Shown one piece after another: positions 46,102 through 53,198 of a DNA stretch of 64,000 bases. The notes under the pieces were generated by a model, which saw only the letters and a program-made list of their open reading frames with translations, ran no database searches and had not been told where the DNA came from. The translations under genes were made by a program, and so were the position numbers. Position 1 is the stretch's first letter. Every line of letters starts with the position of its first letter. The stretch is from positions 1 through 64,000 of the IMG/VR virus record IMGVR_UViG_3300032298_001038; one strand, written 5' to 3'. The stretch is from a virus.

Positions 46102-46620
46102 TTACTCACTGCACCGAAAAACCATCGAGTACCGTAATGCGCTGACGGGTTTGATTTCGTGCTGCCACTCGTAGCGAATCTCGTTCCGCATCTGCACCAG
46201 ACTGCGCGGCGGCAACTCCACTACGATGTCGGCTTCGTCCTGTTTTGTAAATACCATTGTGGCCGGGGATGCCAGACTCAGCACCGTGATCACAGGACCA
46301 GCCTGCATCGGATCAATGTGCGGGCGAATGACTTGCCCCGGATAATACTCGTTTATTGTAATCGAATCGGGCTTTACATGCGTATGCTGGGCCTGCGCTA
46401 ATTTCACGCACAGCCAGTCGAGGTGCGCGGGAATTTTCCCGTCCAGCACGTCTTTAAACGGCTTGGGAGACCCGAAGCGCACGATCGCGTTTCGGTCCCG
46501 CACGCCAGTTCTGGGCCGGTCGGGCATGTACACCCGAATGTGCAACAGCAGTTCGGCTTCTTCCGACGGCGTAATAAACTCCGGATACAGCACAAGGCCA
46601 AGCGCGACGTGGTTTTTCAT
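46102..46620 (-). CDS. AlkB-like 2OG-Fe(II) dioxygenase
   Basis: INEY.PGQ.I.PHID...HEI...RYSMVFR. Confidence 0.85.
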   Translation of the reverse strand: MKNHVALGLVLYPEFITPSEEAELLLHIRVYMPDRPRTGVRDRNAIVRFGSPKPFKDVLDGKIPAHLDWLCVKLAQAQHTHVKPDSITINEYYPGQVIRPHIDPMQAGPVITVLSLASPATMVFTKQDEADIVVELPPRSLVQMRNEIRYEWQHEIKPVSALRYSMVFRCSE

Positions 46621-46624
46621 AGCA

Positions 46625-47251
46625 TTATCGCCGGGGAATGGGCGGCAATAACTGCGAGTTGGGTACGGCACCCTTGGCCAGATTCGTGTTCGCCACTGGA
46701 ACGCGATTACCCTGATCGTTCATGATGGTGGGATTGTTGGGGTTCGCCGCGTTGGCCGGCGGGACGGGCGCAGGCCGCGGCTGTTGGGGTTTCGGCACAG
46801 GCGGAGCCGCGGGCGGCTGCGGCGCTGCGGGCGCTTGTGGCGCGCCAGCCTGCTGCTGCGGCAAGCCTTGCACCGACGACAGCGGCGGTTTGTAGCCCGG
46901 CTTACCCTGCTGCGCAAACACGGGGTTATAGCGCTTCCCCGTATTCGTCGCGAACGTGCGCATGTTGTTAAATGTCCGCACATGCTGCGCCATCGGGCCG
47001 CGCATCGGGCGAGCCTGCGGCGCCTTGGCGAACTGCTGATTGATATGCCAGATGTCACGCGCGCTGGCACCTTGCAACTGCTCAGCGGACATATGCGGCA
47101 ACCCAGCGTGCTGCCACGCTTCGGCCGGCAAGTTTAACTTCGCATAGCGCTGCCGGAGCGCGTTGTAATCAGGGTCGCCGGGCGCGCCAGTGTCGGGCAC
47201 GCTCGCGGCGATCTTCTGGCGCAACAGCAAGCCAAACTTAAAAGCATTCAT
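46625..47251 (-). CDS. Pro/Gln-rich Cys-free protein
   Basis: N-terminal AFKFGLLL..KIAA motif. Confidence 0.6.
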   Translation of the reverse strand: MNAFKFGLLLRQKIAASVPDTGAPGDPDYNALRQRYAKLNLPAEAWQHAGLPHMSAEQLQGASARDIWHINQQFAKAPQARPMRGPMAQHVRTFNNMRTFATNTGKRYNPVFAQQGKPGYKPPLSSVQGLPQQQAGAPQAPAAPQPPAAPPVPKPQQPRPAPVPPANAANPNNPTIMNDQGNRVPVANTNLAKGAVPNSQLLPPIPRR

Positions 47252-47531
47252 CGTCGCTCTCTGTATAGTTCGGGGACTTCTCGTGGTCTTGTTCGGGGCG
47301 GCAATGCCCGCCGTCGCAGCAGGTCTCGTTGATCGTCCGGCAGCGGGAGCAGACCATTTTGCCGCGCATGTCCATCAGATCGCCGCCGCAGACATAGCAG
47401 GTAATCATTGTAACATACTCCTTACTGCCGCGGACGTGGCGGGGAAGATACGGGCAGTTCACGCATTTGTTTCCGCAGCAGACTCCGTGTTGTAAAAGCA
47501 CCTGCCGGGAAAGCGGAGCGGGCCGCGTCAA
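47238..47531 (-). CDS. Cys-rich zinc-binding protein
   Basis: CCGNKCVNCPY (DUF5522-like) plus CxxC...CxxC...CC. Confidence 0.55.
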   Translation of the reverse strand: MTRPAPLSRQVLLQHGVCCGNKCVNCPYLPRHVRGSKEYVTMITCYVCGGDLMDMRGKMVCSRCRTINETCCDGGHCRPEQDHEKSPNYTESDDECF

Positions 47532-47875
47532 ATGTGCGCGGTGGTGAATCGCTGCTCGTAGGCTGCATAAATTTCAGCGTACGCCACGCCCCACGCCGCG
47601 TCGTGAGCGAGTTTATTAAAAGCCTCGTCCGTGGCGGCGTTGTCCAGCCGGTGATTCCACGCCCGGGCATGTGCCCACTCATGGATCAATACATCCATGG
47701 CGCGGCTCTCGTCCAGACCCTTGTCGATCTGGATGTGAAACTTTTTCCCCTGTTTCCAGCAGCGCCCTTCAAGTTTTGTTAACTTGACGCGGCGCACACT
47801 GACGGGGAACGCTGCGGCGCACTCATCCTTGAGCATCCGCAGGAGAGACTGGTATTGTTTAAATCGAGCCGCCAT
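47528..47875 (-). CDS. Small zincin-like metallopeptidase
   Basis: LIHEWAH (HExxH) and a downstream H. Confidence 0.6.
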   Translation of the reverse strand: MAARFKQYQSLLRMLKDECAAAFPVSVRRVKLTKLEGRCWKQGKKFHIQIDKGLDESRAMDVLIHEWAHARAWNHRLDNAATDEAFNKLAHDAAWGVAYAEIYAAYEQRFTTAHI

Positions 47876-47949
47876 GCTCCGTCTCCTGTAGGCATCCTTG
47901 CCACAGGGACGATTGTATCAGGCTGAGAAAGCCGCGACGAACGCTATTT

Positions 47950-50319
47950 TTACAGGCCAAATTGCGCCCGCAACCACGCATTTGCAACGGGATTTTGGGC
48001 TGTTTCTTCCGGCTCCGCGTCCAAAATACTTGATATCTTTACGCTCGGACCCTCGGGCGGAGGAGCGCCACCTTCTTCACGGAGAATGCGCCGGAACGCC
48101 TCGTTGATCTCTTCTTTCTCCGCGGTGAGTCGTTCCAGTACTTCGTCGCCGGTGCGCTGGCGTTTGGCGCCGAATAAATACTTCCCGATCAGGCCCGGCT
48201 CAGTCGATTCGGTGAGGTACCGCCGGACAAGCACGTTGCGCAGGTCTTCAGGCAGTCCCGCGTGGCTGTCAAAGCGCAGACCACGGCCGCGGGCTTGTTG
48301 GCTGCGGGCTTCGTTCCAGTGCGGGTCCAGAAGTTGAATTAAACTCGTGCCCTTCGTGCTAATCCCTTCCGCCGCGGCCGGCCCGAGAAGCAGGGCTTTG
48401 CTGCGCCCTTCGTTGTAGTCTTTCAGGGCTTTCTGCCGGTCTTTCAAGGGGATGCCGCCATGAAACACGCCATACGGAATCTTGTCCCGTTCAAGGGCCG
48501 CAGCATAGGGGTTCACGCCCGAATCAATGAAGTTCGAGTAGATGATGGCTTTCTTGCGCGGGTCTGATTTAATCGTCTCTTGAAAGTCCTGATACGCCTT
48601 TTGCATCTTGCTGGACTGCTCGAACGCCTTGATCGGATTCTTGTCTTTGCGGAACGCCTGCGTGGACAAACTCACTTGGCGCAGGCCGTTCAAGAACGAG
48701 TTCATCTTGGCCAGTTCTTCGCGCGACAGTGGGAACTCTTGGTCTAACTTCCACAAGAAGCCGGGCGGAATGCGCGTGCGAATGGCGTTCTGAATCTTCT
48801 GCTGTGCGTCGGACATCGGCACGCGCACGATCTCTTCATTAACGTTCACGCCTTCAGGAGTCTTGCTGGGGTGATAGTCCACTTTGCCCTTGAGCAGTTC
48901 ACGCAGTTCGTCTTCGTTCTTGACGTAGGCTTTCTCGCCCGGCTTTGCGCCCCTGAACCAACCCAACCAGCCCGGGCCGACTTTCTTGTAGCCCACGTAC
49001 TTCTCTTCGAACTGCTCCGGAGAAATCTTCTGGTTGTTCAGCATCGAGAGCAGGCTGGCCAAGTCGGTCGGCGCATTGGTGATCGGCGTGCCCGTGAGCA
49101 AGAGTAAACGCTTGGCTTGGCGCGCGGCCTCTGTAGCCGCGCGGGTGCTGGCGGCGTCGGGATTACGTAACCGGGCAGCCTCGTCCATGATCAGCGTGTC
49201 GGGCGGCTTCTTGAACTGCTTGCCCAAACCCAACCCGGTGTAACTCATGATCTCAGGCTTGGACCCGGTCGTGAACTTGTCGATCTCTTTCTGGAAGTTC
49301 GCGCGCAGACTCGCCGGGACCACGACGCCGTAGTCTTCTTGATATTTTTGTTTGGCGGCTTCGGCAGCAGCAATAGCCGAGAGAGACTTGCCGGACCCTA
49401 GGCCGTGATAGACCAGTAAGCGCGGGTCGTCGCCGGTGAGTTTGTCGGCAATGCGCTGTTGGTGCTCTTGGAGTTGGACTTCTGGTAATAAGTCGGCTTG
49501 CTTTTCCGGTTGTTCGTGTTGAATGTACTTAGCCGGAATTTTCTGCGTAGTGTACTGGTCGGTCATGAGCATATTGAGCGGCCACGGAAACAACGGCTGC
49601 ACAGCAAAGTCATCAGGGAGTTCTACTTTCAAGCGCGCGTCGCCGTACCCAGAGTTCAACTGCGGATGTGTGGCTAGAAACACCCGACGTTCGTAACCCG
49701 GAATGTCGGTCGGGACGCCGGAGTCAGCCCCAGTACCAGCAAATTCCGGGTCAAGACCGCGCTCCAAAATAGACTTGAGGTTTTTGCTGGCGGTGCCGTG
49801 ATAAAACGTTTTTGCAGCCTGCTTCTGCTGCGCCAGATGCCGCTGCGTGGCTTTGGTCTTGTACGCGTCCAGCATCTCGGCAACGCGCTGCTGCTCTTCA
49901 GGCGACACGAGCGTCGTCGGGTCAATTGCCCAGTTGCGCAGCGCCCAGCCGCGTCGGGGTGTGGGGTTCTTGGCAAACGGACCGCCATGGCGGGCTTTGA
50001 AACTCAGCCAGCGCTTGATCTGCCGGGTGTCTTCGTCCGGGATTCTGCGGCCACTGGTGTAACGCTTGTACCACTGCGCCCAGCCCTTGGGATCGTGCTC
50101 GCTGACCCATTCAGGCTTCCACTCGCCAAGACTGGCTAACCGCGGGCCTTGGCCGCGGTACAGCGCGTCGTACACGCCAAGGTTCTCCAGTTGCTCCGGG
50201 GTGTAGTCCGGCGCAAACGCGGCGTCGAGAGCCTGCAACTTCTCCGTGGCTGTCTTCAAGATAGCAGCCGGAAGATAGTCCGCGTCCAAGATAGATTTGC
50301 TGGGCTGCCTACTTGTCAT
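47950..50319 (-). CDS. Polyprotein: unknown domain + ADP-ribosyltransferase-fold domain + SNF2/SF2 helicase
   Basis: DPKGWAQWY.RY..GRR...D..QI.RW; YHGT...SIL..GL...VFLA...IP.KYI; HGLGSGKS, DEAA, TGTP and QARGRGLR; KQA at both junctions; no Cys. Confidence 0.85.
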   Translation of the reverse strand: MTSRQPSKSILDADYLPAAILKTATEKLQALDAAFAPDYTPEQLENLGVYDALYRGQGPRLASLGEWKPEWVSEHDPKGWAQWYKRYTSGRRIPDEDTRQIKRWLSFKARHGGPFAKNPTPRRGWALRNWAIDPTTLVSPEEQQRVAEMLDAYKTKATQRHLAQQKQAAKTFYHGTASKNLKSILERGLDPEFAGTGADSGVPTDIPGYERRVFLATHPQLNSGYGDARLKVELPDDFAVQPLFPWPLNMLMTDQYTTQKIPAKYIQHEQPEKQADLLPEVQLQEHQQRIADKLTGDDPRLLVYHGLGSGKSLSAIAAAEAAKQKYQEDYGVVVPASLRANFQKEIDKFTTGSKPEIMSYTGLGLGKQFKKPPDTLIMDEAARLRNPDAASTRAATEAARQAKRLLLLTGTPITNAPTDLASLLSMLNNQKISPEQFEEKYVGYKKVGPGWLGWFRGAKPGEKAYVKNEDELRELLKGKVDYHPSKTPEGVNVNEEIVRVPMSDAQQKIQNAIRTRIPPGFLWKLDQEFPLSREELAKMNSFLNGLRQVSLSTQAFRKDKNPIKAFEQSSKMQKAYQDFQETIKSDPRKKAIIYSNFIDSGVNPYAAALERDKIPYGVFHGGIPLKDRQKALKDYNEGRSKALLLGPAAAEGISTKGTSLIQLLDPHWNEARSQQARGRGLRFDSHAGLPEDLRNVLVRRYLTESTEPGLIGKYLFGAKRQRTGDEVLERLTAEKEEINEAFRRILREEGGAPPPEGPSVKISSILDAEPEETAQNPVANAWLRAQFGL

Positions 50320-50554
50320 AAAAGTTATCCGTGACTTTCAGCAGCGCCAGCAACCCCAGAATAGCCGAGAGCAGGCCGAGATATTTAGCCCATGTGAAGA
50401 TCGTGGCGAACCAGTAGATACCCAACCAAATCGCCATCCCCGCAACGAGAATGGCCAAGATATTAAAATGCCGCCACGCCAATACGTACGCGATCGGCCC
50501 GCAAAGAAAGACGGCGCAGAACAGGCCGAAGACTAACAGCGCCAGACTCTCCAT
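50309..50554 (-). CDS. Multi-TM small protein
   Basis: Hydrophobic throughout; start MESLAL. Confidence 0.6.
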   Translation of the reverse strand: MESLALLVFGLFCAVFLCGPIAYVLAWRHFNILAILVAGMAIWLGIYWFATIFTWAKYLGLLSAILGLLALLKVTDNFYDK

Positions 50555-50556
50555 GA

Positions 50557-50652
50557 CTAGCCTCGCAGATACAGCAGAAACCACGTCAACGTTCCGGCCA
50601 TGGTTGCCGCCAGCGTTGCCATCGTGAACAGGAATGTGTTTAAGTGCTTCAT
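50557..50652 (-). CDS. 31-aa membrane peptide (not in ORF track)
   Basis: SD GGAGG; MKHLNTFLFTMATLAATMAGTLTWFLLYLRG. Confidence 0.45.
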   Translation of the reverse strand: MKHLNTFLFTMATLAATMAGTLTWFLLYLRG

Positions 50653-50664
50653 GGTCGCCTCCAG

Positions 50665-51531
50665 TTATTTGGGGTCATCGGGCAGTTTGAACTCGACTAC
50701 TTCGAAGTCCAAGGCTGCTCCCGTTGTCGCCCGTGCGGCCAGCGCCAGTTCGTACTTCTCGATCTGCGATTCTACCCAATTGGCGTATAAACTGACACGG
50801 GTAAATGCACTTTCGTCGCCATACGTGCCGTCGGGTTTCTTATCAACCGCCATGAGAAAAGAGTTAATACCGGCGAGTTCATTGCCGATAAACATCCCGC
50901 CGCCCGAGTCGCCCGGCGAGATCATAAACTCCAGCGGAAACCGCCCAGCACCCGTGGTGGGCTTGCAGACTAATACCCCACGCTCCGTGCCTTCGACAGC
51001 GTTATGCCCAGCCCGTTTCTTGCCGTCAGAGAGCGTGCAGCCGGTGTGAAACGTGCCCGTCAGGCCGTAGCCGGCAATGGTGATCGCCTTGCCCAGTTCG
51101 TCCTGCTTTTTGTACAGCGCCGGGTAAAAGTCCAGTTTAAAATCCTTGGGCGAGTAGCACAGCGCCAGATCGTAAAAGCCGATGTTATCGCCATTAAATT
51201 CCTTGGGTACGATGACGTCGTTGAGCACGTACACGTCGTCGTTGTCTTTGATCACCGCATGAACCGTGGCGCCTTCGACCACGTGGGCGGCGGTGAGCAC
51301 CCAATTGGGCCTAATGATTACGGCCGACCCGTACTGGACGGCCGGCCGTGTCTTGCCCGTGTCTGTGTCAGGAATCTCGCTAATCGCCCGGTAGCGGACG
51401 ACCGACGGAAACTGCTTGCCAAAATCTTGGTACTTGCTGTCGGGCGTGTTCGGGTCGCGGGTTCCGGCGTGTAGCCCGTCAAGTGCCGACAGAAAAAATA
51501 ACAACGTTGTCAGTAGTGCGCGAATAAACAT
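50665..51531 (-). CDS. Secreted trypsin-like (S1) serine protease
   Basis: Signal peptide; TAAH, DLAL and GDSGG catalytic triad. Confidence 0.9.
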   Translation of the reverse strand: MFIRALLTTLLFFLSALDGLHAGTRDPNTPDSKYQDFGKQFPSVVRYRAISEIPDTDTGKTRPAVQYGSAVIIRPNWVLTAAHVVEGATVHAVIKDNDDVYVLNDVIVPKEFNGDNIGFYDLALCYSPKDFKLDFYPALYKKQDELGKAITIAGYGLTGTFHTGCTLSDGKKRAGHNAVEGTERGVLVCKPTTGAGRFPLEFMISPGDSGGGMFIGNELAGINSFLMAVDKKPDGTYGDESAFTRVSLYANWVESQIEKYELALAARATTGAALDFEVVEFKLPDDPK

Positions 51532-51535
51532 GCGG

Positions 51536-51547
51536 CACCTCCATGTG
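51536..51547 (-). promoter_or_regulatory. CsrA/RsmA-type motif over SD
   Basis: CAC-ATGGAG-GTG. Confidence 0.45.
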
Positions 51548-51607
51548 ATAGAAAGCCATGGGTCCCGTTGTTTATTTTACTTTCCGCACTCCGCAAATTG
51601 TTAACTT

Positions 51608-52339
51608 TTACAGCCGCCGCAGAATTTGCGCGACCAACGGGTGTCGCACGACGTCTCCGGGGGCGAATTCGTGGACGCCAATGCCCCTGACGCCGCGCAA
51701 CTTATTGACGACTTCGAGCAGGGCCACGCCGTCCGGACGATGGCCGCCGGGAAGATCACTCTGCTGCGGGTCGCCTGTGACGATGACCTTGGTATTGACT
51801 CCGACGCGCGTCAGAAAGAGTTTCAGTTGCGTGTAGTGCGCGTTCTGGGCCTCGTCGAAAATACAGATAGCATTGTTGAACGTCCGGCCGCGCATGTAGC
51901 ACAGCGGCGCGAGCACGACCGCCTTGTTGATCGCCTCGCGGGCCGCTGACTGCTTGCCCAGCATCTCGTCCATCGCGTCGTACAGCGGCTGCATGTACGG
52001 GTTGACTTTCTCGCCGAACGAGCCGGGCAGAAAGCCCAACTTCTCGCCCGCTTCGACGATCGGCCGGGTGAGCACGATCTTCTCGCACTGCTTGGCGAGC
52101 ACCGCTTTGATCGCGTGCGCCATGGCCAGAAACGTCTTGCCCGAACCAGCCGAGCCGAGCAAGAACGTGATGTCGTTTTCTTCGACGAGTTTAACTGCGG
52201 CTTCTTGTGATTTCGTGCGCCAAACAATCTCAACCGACGAAGAAACATTTTGCTCTTGCTTGGTTCTCCGCGTCTGTTTCCGTTGTTCTCGCCGCGCGGC
52301 CTTGTTGGCTTTGCTGGCGACACGTTTGGCCATGGTCAC
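51608..52339 (-). CDS. phoH: PhoH-family ATPase
   Basis: GSAGSGKT, RPIVEAGEKLGFLPG, YMRGRT, DEAQN, GD..QSDL. Confidence 0.95.
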   Translation of the reverse strand: MTMAKRVASKANKAARREQRKQTRRTKQEQNVSSSVEIVWRTKSQEAAVKLVEENDITFLLGSAGSGKTFLAMAHAIKAVLAKQCEKIVLTRPIVEAGEKLGFLPGSFGEKVNPYMQPLYDAMDEMLGKQSAAREAINKAVVLAPLCYMRGRTFNNAICIFDEAQNAHYTQLKLFLTRVGVNTKVIVTGDPQQSDLPGGHRPDGVALLEVVNKLRGVRGIGVHEFAPGDVVRHPLVAQILRRL

Positions 52340-52368
52340 GCCATCCGGGTTGTAAAACTAGTAGCAAA

Positions 52369-53163
52369 TCAGTGCTGCGTGCGTTGCGCCAGTTGGGCGC
52401 CAAAATCCTGTGCGGCCGACATCTTGCCGAAGTGGTCCATGGCTGCGCCGCCCAGACCACCAGCAATGCCGCCCATGCCAGCGCCGCGAAGAGCGCCAGA
52501 CAGCATGCCTCGGCTGCGCTTGCGGACGTTGCCGTCCTCGTCTTCGTACTCTTCTTCGCCGGGCATCATCGCGCCAGCCAGACCACCAAGGCCGGCACCG
52601 AGCAAACCGCCACCAACAGCGCTGCCAAAGCCCTGTGCGGTCTGCGGGTTCATGCCGACAGCCCCGCCCAGCGCGCCGCCAAGACGTTGTAACCCGCCAC
52701 CGATGTACGGCAGTGCGCCGCCAGCAACACCTGCCGCGCTGGTCGCCAGTCCGACCGGGTGCATCATGTACGAGCCAACGCCTTTTTGGCCCACGAGCAT
52801 ACGCGGCACTAAGTTCTTCCATGTCTTCGTCGCGTTGTTGGCGACGCTGGGCAGAATACCTGTAGTCGCGACGGCCTTGGTGCCCTGCCAGAGTTTGTTG
52901 GCGTTGCTTACTAACGACTTGCCGCCGAGACGCCACAGGCCACGGGCAAGCGCACCGTACGCTTCTTTTTCAAGACCATTATCTTCTGCGTGCACACGAG
53001 CAACCATGGCAACTTTACGCTGAAACTCGTCTTGGCTGAGCCGCTTGTGCGCCGTCGAGATCATCTTCGGCTTGATGTCGCTCGTACCCTCGCCAGCGTC
53101 GTGGACTTGCATCTTCGGCGCAGTGGTTTCGGGCGGGCAGCAGTTCTTTGTTTCGTTGCTCAT
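52369..53163 (-). CDS. Gly-zipper virion protein
   Basis: EKEA after a Cys-containing leader; Gly-zipper hairpin; C-terminal AQDFGAQLA. Confidence 0.65.
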   Translation of the reverse strand: MSNETKNCCPPETTAPKMQVHDAGEGTSDIKPKMISTAHKRLSQDEFQRKVAMVARVHAEDNGLEKEAYGALARGLWRLGGKSLVSNANKLWQGTKAVATTGILPSVANNATKTWKNLVPRMLVGQKGVGSYMMHPVGLATSAAGVAGGALPYIGGGLQRLGGALGGAVGMNPQTAQGFGSAVGGGLLGAGLGGLAGAMMPGEEEYEDEDGNVRKRSRGMLSGALRGAGMGGIAGGLGGAAMDHFGKMSAAQDFGAQLAQRTQH

Positions 53164-53198
53164 GGTCGTTCCTTTTGATAGTTAAATGCGCCCGTGAT

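Noticed and set aside
18001-50319. Eukaryotic giant virus or mirusvirus origin (RNAP, NPH-I-like helicase, MMP)
   Set aside because: Strong SD sites, overlapping operonic genes, bacterial-type beta/beta' motifs, PhoH and holin-like genes indicate a prokaryotic host.
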